Shown piece after piece: positions 1 to 9,892 of a DNA stretch of 64,000 bases; positions within the stretch are counted from its first letter, which is position 1, and every line of letters starts with the position of its first letter. The position numbers and the translations under genes are program-made. Source of the DNA: a virus; IMG/VR virus record IMGVR_UViG_3300022752_000021, one strand, 5' to 3'. The notes under the pieces were generated by a model. That model had not been told where the DNA came from. It did not search any database and saw only the letters and a list, made by a program, of their open reading frames with translations.

Positions 1-195
1 GTTTGGATCCGTTTGTGTGATAATATATGGAACATAAACTTCTTCAACGCCATCAAAATGATATTCGGAGAAGAACTGAATAGCATCATCAATGCGATCT
101 TCAACTTGGGCATCGTCAACATTTATTTCAATGACAGGAAAGCCAAGCCTACGAAGGGCATAGTCTTTGAGATCTTCGCGTGATGTTATTGCCAT
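1..195 (-). CDS. gp13: Neck protein gp13 (N-terminal part; runs off the window)
   Basis: Manual translation from ATG at 195: MAITSREDLKDYALRRLGFPVIEINVDDAQVEDRIDDAIQFFSEYHFDG, the characteristic N-terminus of T4-like gp13. Confidence 0.9.
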   Translation of the reverse strand, partial: MAITSREDLKDYALRRLGFPVIEINVDDAQVEDRIDDAIQFFSEYHFDGVEEVYVPYIITQTDPN

Positions 196-197
196 TT

Positions 198-485
198 CTA
201 CCTCCTAGCATTTCGAAGATGTTCAATATGCTTTTCGTCTATCTCTCTTTGCTGCTTACAGAGTTTTATCTGTGCTTTATTCTTTAAGATGTTCTCTCCA
301 AGATCATACGGAATGTTCAATCCAATTTGAGACAGACCATTTGATTTGTAGTGCTTCTTCCCATCATAATAATGAATAGTATCTTCAACAACATAATCAG
401 AAAATACCGACTGAACATCTTTGACAGAGAAAACTTCTTCGCCAATAATAAAGATATCACCCACTCTTCGAAATCCGTTTATCAT
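198..485 (-). CDS. Hypothetical protein
   Basis: 95-aa ORF coupled to both neighbours in the virion operon. Confidence 0.6.
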   Translation of the reverse strand: MINGFRRVGDIFIIGEEVFSVKDVQSVFSDYVVEDTIHYYDGKKHYKSNGLSQIGLNIPYDLGENILKNKAQIKLCKQQREIDEKHIEHLRNARR

Positions 486-2422
486 GGTCCAAATACTTCG
501 GGTTCTTCCGATACGAATGGTACGTTCTTTGAGCCACCGCTTGTCTTTCCAGTTTTGACACCACTCTTTGTTGATGCTGCTGCAATTTCTCGTTTTACTG
601 ATCTATATGATTCATCCATACGAGCATAGTAATCAAGCAAATCAAGACGGAGATTACTTATTTGTTGTGCAGTGACAATTCTATCAAAGTTCAATCCATC
701 TGTGAATCTATAACTTGACAAGCATATTCCTTGAGTTGCAAGCAATCCACTAGTCAAAATATAGTTTAATGTGTTGGTATCAAATGGATTGATGAATAGC
801 GAATTATATGCTCCCGCTGAAAATCCATACGAATCACCTTGCGAGAACAATCTACCAAATGGATTCTTACCTAATAGAGTATCGAATGCATTGCCACATG
901 AACCGCGATTACCATAAGCACCTTGAATCATTTCAGATCGCTCAAGCATGTTTTCAAACTTGACATTTGTGTTGTAGTGATTGATGAAATCTTGAAGAGT
1001 CAATCCGCTATCCGTGATTGATGTCAGATTGAAAGAATAATCATAATCAACAACATTTCCTAGTGTTGTACCAATTGGAAATGGATTGAAATATCTTCTT
1101 GAGATTGGTCCATAGCCAAGAGAAAATCCTGTAGCATCGGCATATGCAGTAGCACCAGTCAATCCTCGTTGATATCGATATACATCACGAACCCCGACAT
1201 TGGCAGTGGTTGCAAGACCAACAATTCCTCCTGGAAGGAATGTGAGATCCGTCATTCGGGAAACTATACCAACCATATAATCCGTGCTTTCTGCAAAGAA
1301 CGCATCATAGCCATCAAGGTTGTTGAAGTTCATCACAAAACAAATGTCCTGTGATTGATGTGTGAATCCCGCAAGAGTCGGAACTCCTGTAAGAGTGTTT
1401 CCACCATATGGATAGAATCCGTAAGCAGAAACAAATCCACCTGTATTGTCTGCATCAAAGACTCGCAGAGAATCAATGTATCCATTGAACGACTCAGACC
1501 CACTATGATTATTTCCAATGTAGAGTCCAGAGGTATTATTATTTTCAGGGATAAATGTAAGTCCGCCGCTGACAGTAAATTTCTTTATATTATTGAAATA
1601 TGCACTTATATCGTAACTAGTACCAGAAGTCTTGATGAGAGATACAGCAACATGATTCCAAGCGTTCAAACTTATTCCAGCAGAGTTGACGATATTTTGT
1701 GTTTGATTGAAGCCAGACGTTGTACCATTTGTTTGCCATACAAATTGTAGTTGAGTTCCGCTGCTATCGTATGACAACTTCCAATTTGCCGATGCACCAT
1801 CAGTTCCCTTTTGTATTAGCGTAAAATTATTTGCTAAACTCGTTGGGTAGAAAAACATCTCAAATCCATAACTAGAATAAGCATTGCTGGTGTTTCCTGC
1901 TCCAAGATTATTGTGTGGTGCAGTGTAAATCAGACTAGATCTCTTTACGATATTTGTGACGTAAACAAATCCACCTGTACCACTAGCGGCTCTAGTAAAC
2001 TTTCCAGAAGACGTACCAAATTTTTTGACTGTAGTTGTGTGTGTTGGTTTTGTGGTTGGACTACTTGTGTTATAAACAACAGTTGTTTTTGTTATATCTT
2101 GAACGATTGGCGAGTTGAATGAAAAGTATGGATATGGATTCTGCATATTAAGAATAACTTCAACTCTTGGATCGTAATAAGCAGTCCGTTCTATGTTCTG
2201 AATTATTCTTGATCCATCGATAGTAAAGTCTTCGGCTGGTGCTATAGCATTTTCTAGAGCCGAGAGTTCGTCTCCAGTTGGTAAATAGGATTCATCAATA
2301 TAAGCATGTAGCCTTCTATTAAGAATATCACCAAACTCAGGAATATCAAAGTCGGTATACGCTTTTGGATATATTCTGGTGATCTTTCCGTATTGATTAA
2401 GTGTGACTAGTCTAAAAGCCAT
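482..2422 (-). CDS. Virion structural/tail-associated protein with LamG (concanavalin-like) domain
   Basis: LamG motifs KFGTSS...FEMFFYP...WNHVAV...YIG...FNGYIDSLRV; located in the virion operon. Confidence 0.75.
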   Translation of the reverse strand: MAFRLVTLNQYGKITRIYPKAYTDFDIPEFGDILNRRLHAYIDESYLPTGDELSALENAIAPAEDFTIDGSRIIQNIERTAYYDPRVEVILNMQNPYPYFSFNSPIVQDITKTTVVYNTSSPTTKPTHTTTVKKFGTSSGKFTRAASGTGGFVYVTNIVKRSSLIYTAPHNNLGAGNTSNAYSSYGFEMFFYPTSLANNFTLIQKGTDGASANWKLSYDSSGTQLQFVWQTNGTTSGFNQTQNIVNSAGISLNAWNHVAVSLIKTSGTSYDISAYFNNIKKFTVSGGLTFIPENNNTSGLYIGNNHSGSESFNGYIDSLRVFDADNTGGFVSAYGFYPYGGNTLTGVPTLAGFTHQSQDICFVMNFNNLDGYDAFFAESTDYMVGIVSRMTDLTFLPGGIVGLATTANVGVRDVYRYQRGLTGATAYADATGFSLGYGPISRRYFNPFPIGTTLGNVVDYDYSFNLTSITDSGLTLQDFINHYNTNVKFENMLERSEMIQGAYGNRGSCGNAFDTLLGKNPFGRLFSQGDSYGFSAGAYNSLFINPFDTNTLNYILTSGLLATQGICLSSYRFTDGLNFDRIVTAQQISNLRLDLLDYYARMDESYRSVKREIAAASTKSGVKTGKTSGGSKNVPFVSEEPEVFGP

Positions 2423-2429
2423 GATTTCC

Positions 2430-3404
2430 TCAAATGCTGAATCCGTTGCTTACCAGTGTTGCCAAACTATAAGAATCTGTGTAGGGTTTTGTTGGACCTA
2501 GAGTACCCGATCCGTCTTCTGGTTGGGACATATACGCTGGTGGTTTTACCGATTGATAGTTGTTTCTATATGCAATTATTCCAAATAGTGGCGGTAGTAA
2601 ATTTGCTACACTTATACTGGACGATGTCCAGACGCCGGTTCCAACTATATTTGAATAGTCTGCTGAATGGGCAAATGGGACATAGTTGTAACTTGCATAA
2701 CCACCAGTGCCAAGGCTTGTGGATACTGCTACACCACCAGGCAGATAGACTTCAGACCATATGAATCTAATTGGTTGTGTTCCCACTAGCCCACCAGATA
2801 AGCCAGAACTTGTGGTGAATGTTGAAAGTTGTGTTGAGGAATTTTGAATATATGAACTTGCAACACTGCCGAAGTGTGTTGCATTTGATCCAGCATCATC
2901 ATCCCACCACCGAGTTGAAGTTTCAAACTCAACATTCGTGATAGATCCGTTGAAAGCAGCATATTGGCTAAAATCCAAAGGGAATATCGATTGACTATAT
3001 TTCGTGGAAATTGATGAACCAGACCCAGCATAGTAGTTAAACTTGTGAATAGAAGACACACAAGAAATTACATCTATACTTGAAGTTTTGGATGCGGAGT
3101 ATCCGAAGTTACCGACATACGCTGCACAAGCGTTCAAGTTTGCACTTGAGGTATTTGCAATCAAATAAGAACATAAACGAGAAAACACTGCTACTGATCC
3201 ATTTGCAGTCAAATTGCTATTTTGTAATGCAACATATGATCCGCCTATTGCAGCATTCTGACCAACTATTTGATAGTCATATGAAAACGATATATCACCC
3301 TGTGCTGGATGCCCTCCTGGACCCAACAAAAGTTCTGTTTGCTCAGTAGCGGTTGTTTGGCTATTATCCACATCTATAGAACCAATTTCTTGTTCAAGTC
3401 CCAT
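2430..3404 (-). CDS. Putative virion/tail fibre-associated protein
   Basis: Ser/Gly-rich, beta-type composition; coupled to the upstream fibre gene. Confidence 0.5.
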   Translation of the reverse strand: MGLEQEIGSIDVDNSQTTATEQTELLLGPGGHPAQGDISFSYDYQIVGQNAAIGGSYVALQNSNLTANGSVAVFSRLCSYLIANTSSANLNACAAYVGNFGYSASKTSSIDVISCVSSIHKFNYYAGSGSSISTKYSQSIFPLDFSQYAAFNGSITNVEFETSTRWWDDDAGSNATHFGSVASSYIQNSSTQLSTFTTSSGLSGGLVGTQPIRFIWSEVYLPGGVAVSTSLGTGGYASYNYVPFAHSADYSNIVGTGVWTSSSISVANLLPPLFGIIAYRNNYQSVKPPAYMSQPEDGSGTLGPTKPYTDSYSLATLVSNGFSI

Positions 3405-5290
3405 TAGAATGCTCCCGTCCAGATTGTGCCTGGTCTACCTTCCAAAGCACCAGTTCTAATTGCTATGGATAAAGTTTTTTCTGTCACATCCCAATGATAT
3501 ACCGTACCTCTTATTTTTCCATCTGGTGAAGAATACGTCTGTCCTGGATTGAAAGATGTTTCTGTGAAATTTAAGGTAGATCCTGCCTTGTCTTTCAATT
3601 TCAATTCTGTTATAGATTGACCACTAAATGCAGAGAAACATCTATCGGTAATAATGGTTGAACCATTGAAGGCACAAAATCCATGTACAGTTCCTGTACA
3701 TACACTACCGAATAATTTGACATACGATGCATTATTTGATATTGCACCATATGAACAGTTGCTGAGAACAACACGACCTAAATTGGCACTGGTACTTCTA
3801 TCACAATATACACCGACTTGAAAATCCTTGAACCCAACATTTTTAAATAATCCAGTTCCAAGATTTTGCGGTTCATTTTCAACTCGTTCACCTAACTTAG
3901 AACCAGTTGCATACAACCCTGCTTTATTACTATAGCCTGAAGTATTGTATTGTCCTGCGCCAATCAAATTGTAATGCGAACCTTGCAGTGTTCCATCGAA
4001 AAAGATGTCTTTGATTTTTCTTAGTCCACCAGACTTGACGGACAAAATAGTTCCATTTCTGCGGAATACAGTTGGAATAATTTTTACAGTTACTTCGTTT
4101 GAATTAACAGTCTTCCATCCTGCGGAGAAACCCTCACCACTCGTTCCACTTACATTTACACTATAGACATGGTGATTTGATCCAAATCGAACTGCATCAT
4201 TAAGAAGTGTTCCTGCTGGTCCTGTAGCAGTAAATCTTACTGTGGAGTTGTCACCACTACCATCAATTTTTTGCTTTGTATAAGCCGCAGAAGAACCAGC
4301 AGGACTATTCACAGGGAATGTTATTCCGCGGACATTCGATGTTGCTCCGATTGGATTTCCGTTGGATGCATTCGAACCATAGTATCCAATAGGAATACTG
4401 CTCATCGCAAATTGTCTAACTGATGTTTGTTGCCCGAGCCAAGAAGTAACACCGTTAATATTGTTGTCCACAACCTGTGCATCGGTTAGCGAAGAACTGT
4501 CATACATGTTTCCACGATAGCCATTTCCATAGAATCGCGTCCATACTTGAGCAGTATTTCCGCCTGTATTTGCTAATGGCATTGGAACTGTGAACCAGTT
4601 ATCTCGGATCGAAGATTCTATTGCTAACTTACCAACTGGTGGCGACGAACCATTTGTTGTACCAGCAGCAACTAACTTGTGGCATCCTAATATTGATGCT
4701 TGTCGTGCAATATTGTTTCTGAATTCATATGGATACGCAGCATAATAGAATGCTGGATTGTAATCACCATTAAAAGTTAGCGTGTAGTCTTCGACAATGA
4801 TGCCACAACCAGGAACTGTGAATTGTGATGCTAGAGGAGAGGCTTCTGTTATAGAACTATATCCTGATCCTGTGGTTGTCGCATAGCAACAAGCCATGGT
4901 TATGCCATGAAGAACCCCGCTATAAAAACCAGACAAGCCAGCGGCTGTATAACCACGGGTTTTATAGTAGTCAACATATTTTAATTTCAAAAGTTGCGAT
5001 GGGCTACCAAGAAGAGCAATTCTTTCCCCTTGAGGGTGATCAACTTGCAACACATCATCCAAATCGTATATACCAGGAGCAAAATTGATGCTTACAAATC
5101 CAGCCTCTGAAATAATTTTATCTGCTAAAAATTGTAACGCTCTTTGTGGTGTTCTAAACGGAGAGTCTTGTTCAATACCACTGTTAAGCACATCATCACC
5201 CGTAGTCGAAACGTACAGGTTTATATTTGTTGCGATGACTGGTTTTTCACCAGCCCCAAGAGTTACTCTATGTGCCGAAAACTCGCCCAT
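3404..5290 (-). CDS. Tail fibre/spike-like protein (beta-helix-like)
   Basis: N-terminal LYVSTTGDD...PFRT...A...I.FAPGIY motif typical of beta-helix (pectin-lyase-like) fibre proteins. Confidence 0.6.
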   Translation of the reverse strand: MGEFSAHRVTLGAGEKPVIATNINLYVSTTGDDVLNSGIEQDSPFRTPQRALQFLADKIISEAGFVSINFAPGIYDLDDVLQVDHPQGERIALLGSPSQLLKLKYVDYYKTRGYTAAGLSGFYSGVLHGITMACCYATTTGSGYSSITEASPLASQFTVPGCGIIVEDYTLTFNGDYNPAFYYAAYPYEFRNNIARQASILGCHKLVAAGTTNGSSPPVGKLAIESSIRDNWFTVPMPLANTGGNTAQVWTRFYGNGYRGNMYDSSSLTDAQVVDNNINGVTSWLGQQTSVRQFAMSSIPIGYYGSNASNGNPIGATSNVRGITFPVNSPAGSSAAYTKQKIDGSGDNSTVRFTATGPAGTLLNDAVRFGSNHHVYSVNVSGTSGEGFSAGWKTVNSNEVTVKIIPTVFRRNGTILSVKSGGLRKIKDIFFDGTLQGSHYNLIGAGQYNTSGYSNKAGLYATGSKLGERVENEPQNLGTGLFKNVGFKDFQVGVYCDRSTSANLGRVVLSNCSYGAISNNASYVKLFGSVCTGTVHGFCAFNGSTIITDRCFSAFSGQSITELKLKDKAGSTLNFTETSFNPGQTYSSPDGKIRGTVYHWDVTEKTLSIAIRTGALEGRPGTIWTGAF

Positions 5291-5300
5291 TTATGAATCC

Positions 5301-7136
5301 TTATAGTGCTGTGCCACCACCGTATATGGTGAGGCTTAGATACTGGAAATTGTCGCTGAATGTCGAACCCATAACATCGTAGACCCTAACACCAAATGTA
5401 AGACCTTGAAGACTATATGGATTTGCCAAGAACATCTGTGTGGCACCAGATCCATTTTTAATCACAGTTGCTTCAACTATGTATTTTTCTTGATCTGCGG
5501 TTCCTAGTTCTGCCAACATATCATGGGTGAATTGATAATTCCCCTGCCCAAGTCTAGAAACAGTCCATGTTCCACTACCATAGGAGATGTCTACTGTACA
5601 ACCAGCACCAGATGATGCTCTTGCCCATCTCTTTGCAGTATTCTTTGCAATGATTGCTCCACCACCAGAAGGACCAAGGCGATAGATTTTCGCAACAGAG
5701 TCTTTTCTTGTTTTGATGATCCAAACAGCAACCATGTGTTGTGGAACATTTGTGTGTGCGCCGTTAGCACCAGCATTTGCAATGGTTCCATTAACAGTTG
5801 GAGTAAATCCAGTTGCGCTTATGTATATATTTCCATTGACTGTATGGCTGTGCGCTCCTGCCAGACCCAAATCTGTGCCACCAGGTTTATTTACATAAAC
5901 ATTGTGCTGACCAACACCTGAAGCAAAGGCTTTGTTAGATTCGACTGCTACATTCGGGTGTCTATGTCCATCTATTTGAGTTGTCACAAGATTGAATGTG
6001 ACACCGATTGGACCAGATGTACCAATAGACGCTGATAAAGTCAACCCGTGACTGTGAATTGGTATCTCATTTGTGGTGAGAGTATGTTCCTCTTCACCAC
6101 CAAATGTTCCAACTGTATAACTGTTGAATGCGGAATTCTCAAGACCCGTAATACCGCGAGAATCACCAATAATGAATCTTGCTCTCAAATCGGGTTTCTT
6201 GAATTCTGTTTTTGCTGGACTCACAACTTTATAAACTGAATCAATCCCTTCAAGACGAATGAGATCGTTATTTGCAAGTTGATTGTTGTGATGACTACCA
6301 GCAGATACGCCGTCTATGAATAGTGGATTGACAAATGCGCTAACACCCGTGACCTGTGTGCCAGATGCATTTGGTGTTCCCGTAAGGATTGTGCATTCTA
6401 TTTGCCCATCAATCCCTGCCTTAGATACAAAGAACTTTTTACCTATAACATTATCAGCATTAAGAGAGTCTACTCCCACTTGTTTGTTGAGAGTCATATT
6501 CTGAATAAATCCATACAACTGCCCATCATTGAGAGCAGCGTATAAATCGGAATATGTGGTGATATTTAAAAACCCGCCATCGCAGATAGACCAACCATCT
6601 GGAATATCCTGAGTTGTTCCTGCAAAAGCAAGAATGGAACCAACTGGTTGTATATCACTGATATCAACTGCCGAGTCTCCGACAATAACATCACCCGCTG
6701 TATTTACGACAACACCATCAATCTGATTTATTCCAGAACCATCGATGGTTGTACTGGAAATAATGATTACGGGTTTGATTACACTTCCTGGTGAAGTGGG
6801 TGGGGTTGTTGTTAACTTTCCTGCATTGGTGTCTGAAAGGTACAGTATATACGAACTGGTTGATCCACTAATTGTGGACATCAGAGAATCGGGTAATGAG
6901 ATTTCACCAGAATATACAATAGAAAAGTCTGTGGCATTTATGGATTCGATAACACCCAAGAAGTTTGAATTGGCTTGAGAATTTGCTTTTGCAAGCATGT
7001 ATAGATCGGTGGCAGGATCCCACCGAATCACATCTCCAACAGACAAAACATCGCCCGTAAGACCAGCATGGGTGATCTTATTTTTAACAGTTCTTGTATC
7101 GGCTAATGCTACTGGATCAAACGCGCTGCTGCCCAT
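5301..7136 (-). CDS. Tail fibre protein with phage tail-collar domain (gp12-like)
   Basis: Collar motifs PVGSILAFAG..IPDGWSICDG...Y.DLYAAL and PDLRARFIIG; GGEEEHTLT..EIPIHSH His motifs. Confidence 0.8.
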   Translation of the reverse strand: MGSSAFDPVALADTRTVKNKITHAGLTGDVLSVGDVIRWDPATDLYMLAKANSQANSNFLGVIESINATDFSIVYSGEISLPDSLMSTISGSTSSYILYLSDTNAGKLTTTPPTSPGSVIKPVIIISSTTIDGSGINQIDGVVVNTAGDVIVGDSAVDISDIQPVGSILAFAGTTQDIPDGWSICDGGFLNITTYSDLYAALNDGQLYGFIQNMTLNKQVGVDSLNADNVIGKKFFVSKAGIDGQIECTILTGTPNASGTQVTGVSAFVNPLFIDGVSAGSHHNNQLANNDLIRLEGIDSVYKVVSPAKTEFKKPDLRARFIIGDSRGITGLENSAFNSYTVGTFGGEEEHTLTTNEIPIHSHGLTLSASIGTSGPIGVTFNLVTTQIDGHRHPNVAVESNKAFASGVGQHNVYVNKPGGTDLGLAGAHSHTVNGNIYISATGFTPTVNGTIANAGANGAHTNVPQHMVAVWIIKTRKDSVAKIYRLGPSGGGAIIAKNTAKRWARASSGAGCTVDISYGSGTWTVSRLGQGNYQFTHDMLAELGTADQEKYIVEATVIKNGSGATQMFLANPYSLQGLTFGVRVYDVMGSTFSDNFQYLSLTIYGGGTAL

Positions 7137-7146
7137 CGTATTCCTC

Positions 7147-9720
7147 TTATAGTTCGGATTCCACTTGATAGTTTATAAATTTCTCTCCAGGACTACTTCT
7201 TGTTCCACGGAAACCCTTATTGGATTTCAAGGGTGGAATGGTGAATGAAGGTATGCCATCTTCCTTTATATCAACCGTGGATGATGCCCCATTTCGAATA
7301 TCAATCGGATATCGAACATCATATTTGTTAGATAATATCAAAATACTATCTGGATCTGATGCAATAGTTCCAGAAGTGGCATTCTTGAATGGAGTATTTA
7401 CGTTACTCGTTTGGTAATATCTCTTGCATCTGTTTAGTTCGGTTGTTTTGTCGTTCAACTCAAACGGTGATGCGTTTTGACCATATTCAAACTGAACTTG
7501 TGCAAGATAGATTGAGTAATCGTTCACACCAGCCAAATTTGGATTGATTGCTTCTGTTACGTCTTCTCCAACCAAATCTGAACCAGCACGAACAAAGAAT
7601 CGTATTTCTGGTCCATCGTTTCCACAGACACCAATCAAACCACCTAAAGAATCGGGTAGTGCAAATGTATGACTAAATCGAGTCCAACGTGTTGGGAGAA
7701 CCATGGTAAATCCAGGTTCCTTTTGAGAATTTGGTTCAACGCCAGTGGTTGCATAGTCTGGTGCTGTACCACCACCAAAATCTCTTCTGAACGAAACACC
7801 CAATCGTGCATTTGCTACTGAAGCCTTTGCATAGAATGAGATAGTTGCATAACCTGATGGGAAATGCTCTATACCTTCAACTCGTTGGAAAAGATATGTC
7901 TGACTTCCAGCAGTATATCCACCAGTTCCAATTTGCATTTGCATTGCGTATCTAGAATACGCAGATGAATCTGCAAGATCACCAAGACCCAATGGACTGC
8001 GATTTGTCGAAATGTTTAGTCTATCTGCGGTACTTCCGCCGCTGTTTATCAACTTCCAACGATCAGCGTTATATCTGTCTGGTTCTGATATTGGATTTCT
8101 GTATGAGAATGTTGTGCCTCTTTGCCAGAAATCAAAATTACCATTGATTAACTTATTCTTGAATCCCGATCCACTCTCTGGAATAAGAATGCTTGTTCCT
8201 GTATCTGTGTTGGTGTTGACCAACAAGCCGACATAATTTTGCACAATGCCTGATGTTGGTGTAAGAGCAACCATCATCGGCTTTCTAACTTGATTGACTG
8301 TATTTGGCGGTTGTGTTGTGAGAGAACCTTCTTCTGCCGCAAGGAAGTATACTGATCCTGGCGTAAAGGTAAGACCCGACGCAGACAAATCAATATAACC
8401 AGAAACAGTCATAAGAGACGCTGCTGAGTTACCCGCGTAGGTTACTTTAGAGATTATTCCGAGTGCTTCTGCTTCTTCAACATTGTTACAAGAAGCCTTC
8501 ACATAAGAACCATAAGGCATTGATGCAGATGTGATTCCTTCTTCAAAGCGAACCGCATCTCCGACAGAGAAGTAGTTTGGATCGTGTTTGATGACAACAG
8601 TTGATGCGTTCAACTTGGAATAGAGCGTATCAATATCAACAACTTTATTTCCAACATAATTCATCACCATGGCTTTGTTTGAGCCAAGTGCATAAAGTAT
8701 GGGCTTTCTAACCTTTCCTGTTATGGATGGGGCAGTCTTTGTTATCTTTCCTGCATCTGAATCTGATAAGAAGTAAAACTCACCAGTTCCTAGTGAAGAG
8801 GTTGCATCTATACTAGCAATGCAGTTAGCAAAATTTCCTGTGACATATCCAATGGTGCTAACATCCACAATCTGACTTGTGCTATTAACATGGACTGCAA
8901 TACCAAGAGATTCTGCGTTTGAAACATTGTCTGCTTTTGCTAGAGTTATTCCACCAGTATTTACATCATGGCGAACAACCATACCAAAGGTAAGACCAAT
9001 GGCAGAAATATTTGATACCCCATCAAATCTCTTGATGAGAGAGGAGTTTATCATTCTTGAAGAGCCATCACTGAGGAACGACATTGCTCCATAAGTGGCT
9101 CCTGGTGAGTCAAAATATGTTTCTACATCTATTGTTGCGCCACCGCTATGGGTGGTGATCATCATCTTGGATGCTGGTGTATTGTCATTTCCCTCACTCA
9201 AGACAAACTTGTTGTTTGCTGAGTAGAGTTTTGCATCTCCAGCAAAGGCAAGACTATCGCTGATTCTCCATGCAGTATAAGTCTTACCGCCATCAAATGC
9301 CTTCCAAAGAAAATACTTGTCTCCACAAGCACCAGCGATTACGATACCACCGCCACCAGCATTGGTGATTATAGAATCTGAAGTTCCACCCGTTCCACCA
9401 CTTGAGTTGACCGCACCGAGAACGAGGTTATAGTCATCAATCGTGACCAGGTTTGTGTTTACCGTGGTTACGGTTCCATCAAACGTAATATTACCCGTAA
9501 AGGTATGGTCGCCAGGAACAACCGTGTCGAGATACACTGTAGCAACACCATCATCACCCTGATTAACCGCAATACCAGTTGCGCCTTCTACTTCATACAC
9601 CTTGATGCGATTCAACTTGTCGATGATCTCGCCATTGGTAAGCGTATACCATTCATAGAAGGTATCAGCCAGTGTCAACTGCGGGATTATGTAGTTACTA
9701 TTTGCTGGACCAGTCGGCAT
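7147..9720 (-). CDS. Virion structural/tail fibre protein
   Basis: N-terminal DTFYEW..TN motif, GTVTTVNT...DD repeat unit, and NKLINGNFDFWQRG...DRW fibre domain ending EL.RCKRYY. Confidence 0.75.
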   Translation of the reverse strand: MPTGPANSNYIIPQLTLADTFYEWYTLTNGEIIDKLNRIKVYEVEGATGIAVNQGDDGVATVYLDTVVPGDHTFTGNITFDGTVTTVNTNLVTIDDYNLVLGAVNSSGGTGGTSDSIITNAGGGGIVIAGACGDKYFLWKAFDGGKTYTAWRISDSLAFAGDAKLYSANNKFVLSEGNDNTPASKMMITTHSGGATIDVETYFDSPGATYGAMSFLSDGSSRMINSSLIKRFDGVSNISAIGLTFGMVVRHDVNTGGITLAKADNVSNAESLGIAVHVNSTSQIVDVSTIGYVTGNFANCIASIDATSSLGTGEFYFLSDSDAGKITKTAPSITGKVRKPILYALGSNKAMVMNYVGNKVVDIDTLYSKLNASTVVIKHDPNYFSVGDAVRFEEGITSASMPYGSYVKASCNNVEEAEALGIISKVTYAGNSAASLMTVSGYIDLSASGLTFTPGSVYFLAAEEGSLTTQPPNTVNQVRKPMMVALTPTSGIVQNYVGLLVNTNTDTGTSILIPESGSGFKNKLINGNFDFWQRGTTFSYRNPISEPDRYNADRWKLINSGGSTADRLNISTNRSPLGLGDLADSSAYSRYAMQMQIGTGGYTAGSQTYLFQRVEGIEHFPSGYATISFYAKASVANARLGVSFRRDFGGGTAPDYATTGVEPNSQKEPGFTMVLPTRWTRFSHTFALPDSLGGLIGVCGNDGPEIRFFVRAGSDLVGEDVTEAINPNLAGVNDYSIYLAQVQFEYGQNASPFELNDKTTELNRCKRYYQTSNVNTPFKNATSGTIASDPDSILILSNKYDVRYPIDIRNGASSTVDIKEDGIPSFTIPPLKSNKGFRGTRSSPGEKFINYQVESEL

Positions 9721-9721
9721 C

Positions 9722-9892
9722 TCAGTTTCTCTTTACTAGAAGTTCGTTTACTTGCCTCTTAAGTATATTTATCTCGTCCTTAAGAGACTTTATTTCTTCT
9801 GTCAATTTTCTTCTGTGCATAATCTCCTTTTCCTTTTCGGGATTGGAGAAAACAAGTAGACCGTTGTTCTTATCTCTGATGTAGTCTTTCAT
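9722..9892 (-). CDS. Small coiled-coil protein downstream of the VrlC-like gene
   Basis: 56-aa ORF translated manually (MKDYIRDKNNGLLVFSN...EIKSLKDEINILKRQVNELLVKRN); start overlaps the upstream stop. Confidence 0.65.
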   Translation of the reverse strand: MKDYIRDKNNGLLVFSNPEKEKEIMHRRKLTEEIKSLKDEINILKRQVNELLVKRN

